Source of the DNA: Anaerohalosphaeraceae bacterium | GTDB lineage: Bacteria; Planctomycetota; Phycisphaerae; Sedimentisphaerales; Anaerohalosphaeraceae | Length of the DNA: 36,278 nt | Assembly (NCBI GenBank): GCA_050309605.1 | Contig: JBNRMN010000009.1 | Span: forward strand, 1 to 36,278 | Direction of reading: 5' to 3' | In this document: positions 1-9,000 of the stretch, piece by piece | How the letters are laid out: each line of letters begins with the position of its first letter | How positions within the stretch are numbered: position 1 is the first letter of the stretch | Notes under the pieces: model-generated | The model's input: only the letters and a program-made list of their open reading frames with translations | The model's database searches: none | Told to the model about the DNA's origin: nothing | Program-made: the position numbers and the translations under genes

Positions 1-2
1 AA

Positions 3-83
3 CTGCCAATTTTGACTACGAGATGCGAAGGTCAGTGCCCCCGGTCGGGGCGCTGCCGAAGCATGTTCGTAGTGGGCTGGCAG
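3..83 (+). other. Long imperfect stem-loop (~30 bp), function unknown
   Basis: Pairings: CTGCCA(3-8)/TGGCAG(78-83), ACTACGA(15-21)/TCGTAGT(67-73), ATGC(23-26)/GCAT(61-64), a symmetric GAA/GAA internal loop, and CAGTGCCCC(33-41)/GGGGCGCTG(47-55) closing a 5-nt loop. Confidence 0.55.
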
Positions 84-243
84 GCCTAGGCTGAGCGTGC
101 GAGTAGGCGGTGCTCCTTAATATTCTCATCAGGAGCGTTCCCGTCGGTGAAAACAGGGACGTTTACTCTCAGGGCTGCACGACAGGGCTTTTTTGTGAGA
201 GGAGTAATAATCGGGCAACAAAAAGAGAACAGGAGAAAAACGA

Positions 244-1857
244 ATGGAGACAGAAAGGACGTATCGAAGAAGCACGGAGTGTGTATCGGAAGATGGGCGG
301 GTATCGAAGGAACCGGAGGACACCCAAAACAGGGTGAGAAAACGCACAGGGTACGGAGCCAAACGATTGTTTTTCATTTTTGTTATCATCGTTCTGGCCG
401 GAATTCGCAGCTTTGCGGCGACCGATGTGCTGTTCCTGATTGACACCACAGGGAGCATGGGAGGTTTAAACATTTTCAAGACGGTGTTGACTGACATCCT
501 TACGGCCATTGACGCAAATTCCCTCTGTCCGGAAACCGTCACGTACGGTGTGGCCGACTACAGGAACTATACCGACGGCGGCAATTATACGGCCTACGGC
601 GTCAATCTGGTTTTGCCATTTACCTCCAGTGTTCAGGCGGCTTTGACGGCCATCAACGGGCTTACTGCTGACGGCGGTGGAGATGATCCGGAAAGCCAGC
701 TCAAGGCAATGGTCAGCATTGCCGACAACTGGCTGACAAGTTCCGGCGATCTGGGCTTTAACGGGCGGCCCGGCGCGCAGCGGATTCTGATCTGGGCAGG
801 CGACCAGCCCGGCCACATCGCCGGTGACGAGCCGGGGTCGAGTGGGCCTCCTCCAGCCGGGTATTACCCTTCGCTCGATGATACGATTGACGCTTTGACC
901 TCGCAGTGGATTACGGTGTTTGCCCTCAATTCGGCCGGTTGCAACACCGGCTTAAATGCAGCTTACGGGTCTCCTCCGCGTCAGCAGGCCAGCGAAATTA
1001 CAGAGGCAACGGGCGGCAAGCTGTACTGCAACGTCGGGTCGGTCGGGCAGGACATTGAAATTGACATTATCGACGAGTTGGCGTGCTTTGCATTTACCAA
1101 GGATGACGGTATCGAACCCAACGACTGTGTCGTCCCCGAACAGGAAATCACGTATACTATCTGCTGGACCAACGATTCCAGCCGAACCGTATATGACGCC
1201 TTCATCATCGACTGGCTGCCGGAAGGGGTTTCGTATCCGCAGGGTGCGTGGGGCGTTGAGTTCGGTGATCCGAACGACCCCCAATCGCCGCCGTTTACCT
1301 TTATCCCGCCCGATCCGGGATATGATGCGGAGTCGCACAGCTATGTCTGGCCGATTGGAGACATCAGTCCGAGCTCAAACGGCTGCGTGCAATTGAATGT
1401 GGTGGTCAATGAAAAAGCCGTTCCGGGTGGCATCCTGCACAACGTGGCCGAACTCTACGGCACGGTGTACGACCCGAACCACCAGAATCCCGTCGAGAGG
1501 CTGATTGCCAGAATCTTCAAAGACACCCAGGTGTGCTGTTATGCGGGAACGGTGGAAATTCTTTATGTGGATCAATCCGCAACAAACGGCGGCAATACAG
1601 GACTGAACTGGCCGAACGCCTTTCTCGACCTGCGGGATGCGCTGGAGTATGCGCGAACATCGATTTGCGGCCCGGTACATTCCATCTATGTTGCACAGGG
1701 GACGTACAGCCCCGGCGATAAATCCTCCAATAGTTTTGTCCTGCCGGACGGCATTTCCGTCTATGGCGGATTCCCCAAAGGCGGCAGCGACTTCTGGCAG
1801 CGTAATCCAAAACGGTATCAAACCGTGCTGAACGGGACAGTGAGCGGCAGCCCCTAA
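244..1857 (+). CDS. Exported vWA + DUF11-like protein that ends partway into a parallel beta-helix module (5' half of a split gene)
   Basis: AGGAG RBS at 231-235; hydrophobic signal ending ..RSFAA; MIDAS motif DVLFLIDTTGSM; DUF11-like segment FTKDDG..ITYTICWTN..IDWLPEGV..LHNVAEL; then YVDQSA..G.NW.NAF.DL.DAL..IYVAQGTY.PG..F.L.DGISVYGGF..TVLNG, which normally opens a beta-helix domain but stops here. Alternative GTG start at 334. Confidence 0.8.
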   Translation: METERTYRRSTECVSEDGRVSKEPEDTQNRVRKRTGYGAKRLFFIFVIIVLAGIRSFAATDVLFLIDTTGSMGGLNIFKTVLTDILTAIDANSLCPETVTYGVADYRNYTDGGNYTAYGVNLVLPFTSSVQAALTAINGLTADGGGDDPESQLKAMVSIADNWLTSSGDLGFNGRPGAQRILIWAGDQPGHIAGDEPGSSGPPPAGYYPSLDDTIDALTSQWITVFALNSAGCNTGLNAAYGSPPRQQASEITEATGGKLYCNVGSVGQDIEIDIIDELACFAFTKDDGIEPNDCVVPEQEITYTICWTNDSSRTVYDAFIIDWLPEGVSYPQGAWGVEFGDPNDPQSPPFTFIPPDPGYDAESHSYVWPIGDISPSSNGCVQLNVVVNEKAVPGGILHNVAELYGTVYDPNHQNPVERLIARIFKDTQVCCYAGTVEILYVDQSATNGGNTGLNWPNAFLDLRDALEYARTSICGPVHSIYVAQGTYSPGDKSSNSFVLPDGISVYGGFPKGGSDFWQRNPKRYQTVLNGTVSGSP

Positions 1858-1941
1858 TTGGGTGCAGCCAGCCTGAAAAAAAACGTGACACAACGGAATT
1901 AAATAATGGCAAAATACGAAATCTTTTCCGAGGAAACGATT

Positions 1942-3195
1942 ATGAAAAGAATACTTGGACTTTTGATATTTGCGTGCATGTCTGTTTCGGTGTCCCTTGC
2001 CGGCTACTCCGACGGGTACATCACCGCCGGCGAATACGAGGGGGCGGTTACCTGGACCAACAGCAATCAGCCCCTGATTGTCGATGGCGGCGGGGCAGCC
2101 GACATCGAGATGCGAAATTACAGCCGGCTCGAAGTGCGGTCAACAAGTACACCCTTGGGGCTTCTTGTCGGCGGGATTCAGTACATTGCTCTAAAGAATA
2201 ACAGCCATCTGGATTATTACGATGGCGAAACATTCAACCTTATGCTCTATGATAACACTACAGCCAATCTCTATGGCGGGCGCATCGACTACCTTACCAG
2301 TTTCCAATACACTGCATCACAACGCATTAACATCTACGCCTTGCCCGGTTGGTCGTGGATTTCAGATGACCCGCTCGAAGGGATTCAAGGACAGTGGTGG
2401 GATGAATCACCCTTTCAGATGAAATTTGACAACATAGAAGGCCGGGCTCCAGTCTGGATGAATGTCAATGTGATTGTTCCAGAACCGACAACTTTGCTGT
2501 TAATGACAGTGGGATGTGTTGTGATTCGTAAAAAGAAACCCCGGATTAGGCCGATTTCACGGAATCTGATTAATTCTTCGTCGAGGGCTTTTTACAGAGT
2601 TACGATGAAAGCCTCTGTTATGTTTTTGGTTTTCAGTTCCGCCGTTTCCTTTGCCGGATATTCTGACGGCTGGATCACCGCCGGCGAATACGAGGGACAT
2701 GTTAGGTGGACCAACAGCAATCAGCCCTTGATTGTCGATGGCGGCGGCGCCATCGGTATCGAAATGCGCAACCATAGTCAACTCGAAGTGCGGTCAACAA
2801 GTACACCCTTGGGGCTTGGAAGCGGAATTCAGGTTATTGGCCTCAACGATTATAGCCATCTGGATTATCGCAATGGCGAAACATTTAACCTCATGCTCTA
2901 CGGTAATGCTACAGCCGACCTTTACGGCGGGCGAATCGACTACCTGACCAGTTTCCAATATGCCGCGACAACGCATGTCAATATCTACGCTTTGCCCGGC
3001 TGGTCGTGGATTTCCGATGATCCGTTGCTCGGTATTCAAGGTCAATGGTGGGACGGTTCGCCATTTGATATCAAGTTCGATAATAAGGAATATCGGGGCT
3101 ATGACCCGGTCTGGATGAATGTCAATGTGATTGTTCCTGAGCCGGCCAGCCTTCTGTTGATGGCGGCAGGACTTGTGCTGGTTCGAAAACGGTGA
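1942..3195 (+). CDS. Two tandem PEP-CTERM surface-protein units in one open frame (unit 1 from 1942, unit 2 from ATG 2605)
   Basis: GAGGA RBS at 1930-1934. Each unit has a signal peptide, a GYSDG..PLIVDGGGA..STSTPL..GGRIDYL domain, VPEP, a TM helix and a basic tail. There is no stop between the units. Confidence 0.85.
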   Translation: MKRILGLLIFACMSVSVSLAGYSDGYITAGEYEGAVTWTNSNQPLIVDGGGAADIEMRNYSRLEVRSTSTPLGLLVGGIQYIALKNNSHLDYYDGETFNLMLYDNTTANLYGGRIDYLTSFQYTASQRINIYALPGWSWISDDPLEGIQGQWWDESPFQMKFDNIEGRAPVWMNVNVIVPEPTTLLLMTVGCVVIRKKKPRIRPISRNLINSSSRAFYRVTMKASVMFLVFSSAVSFAGYSDGWITAGEYEGHVRWTNSNQPLIVDGGGAIGIEMRNHSQLEVRSTSTPLGLGSGIQVIGLNDYSHLDYRNGETFNLMLYGNATADLYGGRIDYLTSFQYAATTHVNIYALPGWSWISDDPLLGIQGQWWDGSPFDIKFDNKEYRGYDPVWMNVNVIVPEPASLLLMAAGLVLVRKR

Positions 3196-3229
3196 TTTAT
3201 AAAGACACGATGTCTGATAGGAGAAGAAC

Positions 3230-4654
3230 ATGTTTAACAAATTATTTTGTCTGTGCATATTATCGTTTGTTTTGAATATTGTTCAAATTGGTGCTGCCCA
3301 GCGTAACAGCGTGATTGTTCGGATGGGCCATAATACGGTTCTTGACGGCTTCACCGTAACCGGGGCAGCAGAGGCTTGTATTTTGGGTGAAAACGTTGAT
3401 TTTTCAGTCGAGAATTGCACCATATCGGATAGCGATAATACTGGAATTCGTGCAATTAACGGCAATGTTTCCCTGAAGTGGTGCGATATCAAACAGAATG
3501 AATGGTATGCGGTGTATCATGAAGGCGAAGGTTTTACGCTCCAAGTGGATAATACGCACATCCGCAAAAACAAACAATATGGCATTTTCTGCCAGAATTC
3601 AACCTTGATTTGCACAAACAGCATTGTCTCCGAGGCCGATTTAAGCCAAACCGGAAACGCAGGCATTACACTGTTTAATGCATCGAGCCAACCATTCATA
3701 CAAAATGTTACCGTTGCACACAACAAGTCGGTAGGAATTTGGCGGCTCGGCGGCGCGTTACCGGAGGTTCACAATTCGATTATTTACCACAATGCCGGCC
3801 CCGCACTTGCAGGCTTTTCGGCCGATGATGCGGCATGGTATAGCTGCATTGAAGATGCCAATTCAGTCAATTACAACATCAATGTTGACCCGCAGTTTGC
3901 GTACTTTGACCCGAACAACGTCCGTCTGTCACCCGCCAGTCTCTGCCGAAACGCCTCCAATCCCTATCTGGACTACAGCGGCCAGTTGGACATGGACGCC
4001 CAGCCGCGCGTGTATGGCATTGCGCCGGATATGGGGGCATATGAATTGACCTGCGACACCAATGTATCGAATGCGTGGGATGTAGACGCGGATGGATTGG
4101 TCAATCTGCTTGAGTTTGCCAGATTCTCGCGTGTCTGGCTGGCGCATGACCCCAACGACCCGGCGGTATCTGACCCGAATCACCCCGACTACGAGTACCA
4201 TACCGCCGACCCGAACGGGCCGGGTTATGTGACGCCTGCCAGTATCGTGGCGTGGTATCCGGATGGCCACACGTTCAACTATGTTGCCACCGGGTCCAGT
4301 CAATATCGCATTGACTTGGCCGATCTGATTTTCTTCCTTGAGGATGCGCCGTGGCTGTGGACGGCCTGCTGGCGGACGGATTTACAGCCGGAGATGATGA
4401 TGGCCGGTTTTGGCGGCGAACAATTGCAGATGTTTTCAGCGGCAAAGACAGTCTCTGCACCACCTGTAGTGGAGCAAAAATCCGTCCAAAAACAGATTCT
4501 TGGTCTGGCCGCTACGATTGTGTCGTTGGAGCAACTCTGGCTTGAAGAGCCGGACATCCAACAGCAGATTGACCCCGAAAAGTGGCAGCGGTTCATGGAA
4601 GCGGTCTATGGTCATCTGCTGGAGTTGCACAATGAGTCTGTTCAAACCAAGTAG
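3230..4654 (+). CDS. Exported right-handed beta-helix protein with choice-of-anchor-Q-like end and dockerin-like module (3' half of the split gene, with its own signal peptide)
   Basis: AGGAG RBS; signal MFNKLFCLCILSFVLNIVQIGAA; VLDGFTVTGA followed by beta-helix repeats; NINVDPQF..LSPASLCRNA..LDMDAQPRVYG..PDMGAYE; EF-hand-like DVDADGLVNLLEF. Confidence 0.8.
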   Translation: MFNKLFCLCILSFVLNIVQIGAAQRNSVIVRMGHNTVLDGFTVTGAAEACILGENVDFSVENCTISDSDNTGIRAINGNVSLKWCDIKQNEWYAVYHEGEGFTLQVDNTHIRKNKQYGIFCQNSTLICTNSIVSEADLSQTGNAGITLFNASSQPFIQNVTVAHNKSVGIWRLGGALPEVHNSIIYHNAGPALAGFSADDAAWYSCIEDANSVNYNINVDPQFAYFDPNNVRLSPASLCRNASNPYLDYSGQLDMDAQPRVYGIAPDMGAYELTCDTNVSNAWDVDADGLVNLLEFARFSRVWLAHDPNDPAVSDPNHPDYEYHTADPNGPGYVTPASIVAWYPDGHTFNYVATGSSQYRIDLADLIFFLEDAPWLWTACWRTDLQPEMMMAGFGGEQLQMFSAAKTVSAPPVVEQKSVQKQILGLAATIVSLEQLWLEEPDIQQQIDPEKWQRFMEAVYGHLLELHNESVQTK

Positions 4655-4683
4655 AAACTTTATTTTGACGAGATAACCCGATT

Positions 4684-4713
4684 GCTGTGTGCGGGAGTTT
4701 TCCCGCACACAGC
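4684..4713. other. Perfect 13-bp intergenic hairpin (mRNA stabiliser, processing site or terminator)
   Basis: GCTGTGTGCGGGA-GTTT-TCCCGCACACAGC; no U-tract follows. Confidence 0.6.
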
Positions 4714-4737
4714 GAACCCAAAAGAATGGAGAAACCG

Positions 4738-5346
4738 ATGATGAAAAGAATGGCAATGTTTTTTGTTTGTGTGTCTGCCGGTTTTGCCGGGTACAGCGAT
4801 GGCTTTCTGACTGCCGAAGATGGCTATCAATATTTTGTTAGATGGTCGAACTCCCAAATCCCTTTAATTGTAGACGGGGGTGGCGCAGAGGAGATTTCAG
4901 TGCGGGACAGCGGCCGCCTGATTGTACAATCGACCTCGAAGCCATTGATAATGGGTGAGAGCGGCGTGTATGATATTTTGCTTTTTAACGGACATCTGCT
5001 CTATCTGGATGGCGTCACTGAATTGATCCGCATTGGCGGCAATTCTACCGCAGTCCTGAAAGGCGGAAGCATCAATTGGATTAACAGTATGCAGTTCACG
5101 GAAAAGACAAATTCCGACCCGCATATAGACCTGTATTGTCAGCCCGGCTGGTCTTGGATTTCTGGCAATCCTATGCTCGGTATTCAGGGCAACTGGATGG
5201 ACGGTTCGCCGTTTGAAATCAAATTCAGCAACGACTCAACCTATGACCCCGTATGGACGAATATCAACATCATTATTCCTGAACCGACAAGCCTGCTCTT
5301 CTTAGCCGCTGGCGGTGGTATTTTGCTTCGGCGATACCGTCGCTGA
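4738..5346 (+). CDS. PEP-CTERM surface protein, third paralog of the GYSDG family
   Basis: GGAG RBS at 4728-4731; signal peptide; GYSDG..PLIVDGGGA..STSKPL; IPEPTSLLFLAAGGGILLRRYRR. Confidence 0.85.
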   Translation: MMKRMAMFFVCVSAGFAGYSDGFLTAEDGYQYFVRWSNSQIPLIVDGGGAEEISVRDSGRLIVQSTSKPLIMGESGVYDILLFNGHLLYLDGVTELIRIGGNSTAVLKGGSINWINSMQFTEKTNSDPHIDLYCQPGWSWISGNPMLGIQGNWMDGSPFEIKFSNDSTYDPVWTNINIIIPEPTSLLFLAAGGGILLRRYRR

Positions 5347-5352
5347 GCACAG

Positions 5353-5392
5353 AGAAAGGGCCTGCCTGTTTCCCTGCAGGCCCTTTCTATTA
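5353..5392 (+). terminator. Probable intrinsic terminator
   Basis: AGAAAGGGCCTGC-10 nt-GCAGGCCCTTTCT directly after the 5346 stop, followed by an AT-rich tail. Confidence 0.6.
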
Positions 5393-5424
5393 TAAATCGC
5401 TATGAACTTGTAAAAGAACGGGGG

Positions 5425-5979
5425 GTGGAAGCGATTAATACGCTTCCATTTTTTGATAGCCCCAGCGGAAAGAGACACTTTGTAGTTTGGCTGGCTGGTG
5501 ATCTCGTCGGCCGTAGTTATGAGGGGCAAGTTTCTTACTGTTTCTCAACAGGAAAACCGACAGGAACCACGACCTATGTCGGGGGCATGTTCGGCAGCTT
5601 TCAATCAAGCTATTCCTGGGGTCTTTTCTGGGACATGCAAACCAGTGATATATATTACGGAGGCGATAACCAAATCAAAGGACGCTTCACCGCCCAGATG
5701 CAAACGCGGTCCACTTTTGAAGATAATTATTGGGATTTTAACACTGTCTGGGCGATATGTGAAGGGACGAATTACCCGCGGCTGCAATGGCAGATACCGG
5801 CAGCCGATTGGGTCTGTCCCGACGGTGTAAATGCAGAGGACTTCATTTATTTGGCCAACCGCTGGCTGCTGGAAGAGTGCGGCAATTCAAACCACTGCGA
5901 CGGCGTCGATCTGAACACAGACGGCCTGGTGGATATGAACGACCTGGCCCGGTTTGCAGCCTACTGGATGCTCGAATGA
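5425..5979 (+). pseudogene. N-terminally truncated GLUG-repeat protein with C-terminal dockerin-like module
   Basis: AGDLVG and YVGGMFG GLUG-like motifs; FWD.QTS..TAQMQT.STF...WDF..VW.ICEG.NYPRL.W; two EF-hand-like motifs (DWVCPDGVN.EDF, DLNTDGLVDMNDL). No signal peptide and no convincing start. Confidence 0.65.
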
Positions 5980-6001
5980 TCTTGTGAATTCGCCATTGCA
6001 A

Positions 6002-9000
6002 TTATTCGAGCCAGACATCCAGCCGCCGGATGCGGCGTTGCCGAATTGCTTCGGCGTCCGTACCGACCAATTCGGTCGCATTCAAGATGCGTTCAGTGTT
6101 GACGGTATAACGCACCGGCCTGACAGCCTGCGAACCGTAGGTGTTTCGCCCGGTCGGGTTATGATAAACCAGCAAAATGGATCCGAACAAAGCACAGGCA
6201 AACGCCTTTTTCGGAATGCTGACATCCGTTTCATTCCAGCGAACGGTAACGGATGGGTCCGTAGTAAACCACGCACCGGGCAGCACCGGCTGAAGTGCAA
6301 AAGTCAATTGACCGTTGTGCATTCGAAAGGGCTGTCTGCCGACCGTCAGCAACCGCCACAAATGGATAAACTCGGCGGTCGTCCCGCTGAGCCGCGCCAC
6401 ATACCCGCGACCGCGCGCCTGGGGATCGGGACAGTCCGACGACGCGATAAAGGAACTGTTCTCAAGAATGCTGCGGCCATAGACATTCGGCTCCATAAAC
6501 GGAACCAGCATCGTCTCGGCATCGGCGAAAAATTCCTCATAAAGGCCGTTTCGGACCAACTCCAGCAGATATTTCGAGGACATATGCAGCCAGATCGATT
6601 CGTTTTCAAACCATCCCCGGCTGAACGTGCGGGCACGGCCGATTTCCGGCGAGCACCGTTCCAGACATTCGTTTAATTTATACATCGCCAAAGAAGAATC
6701 AAACAAGGGACTGCTGCGAACCGCGCGGTAAATCCGGCCGGCCTGCTGCGGTGTACAAACTCGCAGCCAATGCACCTGGCCTTCCAGAAACAGCGGCAGC
6801 GGTTCAGATGAAAATTGACGAATCTCCACATACGCCTGTCCCGTATCCGGATTGACGCGATCCGCCGCATCCTTCGGCTTGTGCAAATAATAGGTATGCA
6901 GAAGACCGGTTTTCGAATCAACCGCCCTGTTCAAACCTGTTTCAAAACGCGCCGCAACGGCCTCAAGCATTTGCCGAAGAATACGGCCCGACACAATCGT
7001 TGTCGCCTGCGAAGCATTGTGATAAATCCGCTCGCGGAAGTTTTCGCGAATCGCCGCACATCGCGGCCAGTCGTAATCGCCTTGCGCTTCTTTCAGCACG
7101 TTCTCAATCAGCTCGGCAACCGCGCACGGAAATTCCGTATCCGGCAGCGTCGGCAGCGCCTCAAGCAGCCATCGCGCCAGACGCAGCGCCTCGGCCGTCT
7201 CACACGTCGATGAACCGAACAATCCCGGCAGGCCGTTCATCGCATCATTCCAGCCGGGGCGTCCGGCTTCCATTTCAATGCCGCGTCCCTCATAATCCAG
7301 CGACACCGCCTTGATTGCCAGCAGCGCACACAGTTTGCCGAGAACCGTAACCGGCGGCAGTGCAGCCGGCGGCACGGGCGTATCGGCCACCGCGTTCAAC
7401 TGAAGCGGGCCGTTGGCACGGCGCAGATATTTGCGTGTACGCTCCAGAACGCAGGCCGGCTCGGCAAACCATTCAATGTCGGCACGCTGCGTCAGCATCG
7501 CCTCCACACGGTCCGGATATATCGCCTGATAGGCCTCAATCAAGTCAAGAATATACGTCCAGTGATCAATCCAGTATCCGCCTTCGTGACCGGAGGCAGC
7601 CAGGTCGGTTTCGCACTGTTCCAGAACAGAGTACAACCACTGTGTCCGGTCTTCTATCGCCACCTGGTATTGATCGGCCCAGCCGAGCAGTTGACCGGGC
7701 AGAAAATTGCCGCGTACCAGCTTGACAAACACCGCTTTGGCCTCCGAATCGGCCGCCGGACACATCGCCTCGGGGTCAGCGTTTCGCAGCAAACGCCACT
7801 GATAGCCCGTCACGGCCAGAGGATTATAACCGTCCGCCTGAAGCAGACTGACGAACATTCGAATCTCCTGATCGCCCGTATCAGGATAAAACCAGATGTC
7901 GCTGCGTTGATTCTGACACATATCACGGAAGTTTCCTTCGCCGCCGGACAATGGACAGGCCGGCAAATCAAAATAATTGTAATCGCGTTCGGCGTCGCCA
8001 TGGCGCCGGGCATACAGATGAATCAGCCGCGGTCCGGAGGCCGAGGGCAGCGCCGTCGGAATGCCGCCGCGAAGTACATTATCCAGGAAATTCTGACGAG
8101 CATACGCATTCAGAGTCGATTGGGACGAGACGGTAAACGCAGGAGCGGTGATGGCGTGCATCAACTGACGGCTCCGGCGCGAGGCCCGCTCAAAATCAGA
8201 CGGCCTTGAAAACGCCGACAGAAACGACTGAAGCAGGGCCTCACTCGGCGCCATTCCCGACAGGGCCGCAAGGGTAATCGAGTCGTCCGGCGCCAGCGTC
8301 AGTTCAAACGGCGCCATCGCACAGGGCAGCTTGTTTTCCGACACTTGCAGCGAACGATCCAGCTTGGGCCGGCGGATAAATTCACGCGGCGTAATCAAAT
8401 CCTGGTCGGCTCCGAAAATCAGGTCGGCATCGTAATACGGCTCAATCGGAAACAGAACATCGCCGTCGCTGAGCCAGGCAGCATAAAAATTTCCACGGCG
8501 GACTTGCTGTACTTCGGCCTCGTCATGCGCCATAACTTTGGCCGCATAAAACGGCACGTGTCCGTTGACCAGACGTACCGAGGCATACGCTTCATGAATC
8601 CGCCGCATCGTCTTAATGCCCACCTCCGTAAAGCCCGCCGGTATAATCAGCGGTAAACCATCCAGACACTCCAATCGAAGGGGCTTTGATGAGAGATTGG
8701 TCATCGTCAGCAGACGAATCAGGGAACCGATAGGCTGGTCAACCGGCGAAAAATAACAAACCTCAAAGCGCACACCCAGCGTCCGATTGTCCTCGCAAAG
8801 CCTGAGTCGATCCATATCAACCCACATCGTGCGCTCATAGTCGTACTGCGCAGAAAGGACGTCATTTTGAAACGGTTCATAATACCGCCCGTCGATTCTG
8901 CAAAACGTGCGAAAGCCCTGGACGCCGACCAACTGATAGGCCCAGTTAGCCGGCAGAAATTCAACAACAGCATGATCCTTGTTGCCGACGCCGAAGGAAG

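Noticed and set aside
1..91. Integron attC site
   Set aside because: The hairpin starts after AAC, but the matching end is GCCTAGGC, not GTTRRRY; no integrase or second attC is seen.
1..94. tmRNA (AACT-GCC-AAT resembles a resume codon context)
   Set aside because: The frame does not end in an ALAA-like tag and no tRNA-like 3' end follows.
261..319. Three short GTATCG(G)AAG repeats as a CRISPR or iteron array
   Set aside because: They are only 9-10 bp, irregularly spaced and inside a probable coding region.
1942..3195. Diversity-generating retroelement TR/VR pair
   Set aside because: Differences are not adenine-specific and include many synonymous changes; no reverse transcriptase is present.
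1846..3298. Group I/II intron, or simple crossover at the shared AATT core
   Set aside because: No GTGCG 5' end, domain V or group I core was recognised. Crossover at AATT leaves the TAA stop and the wrong frame.
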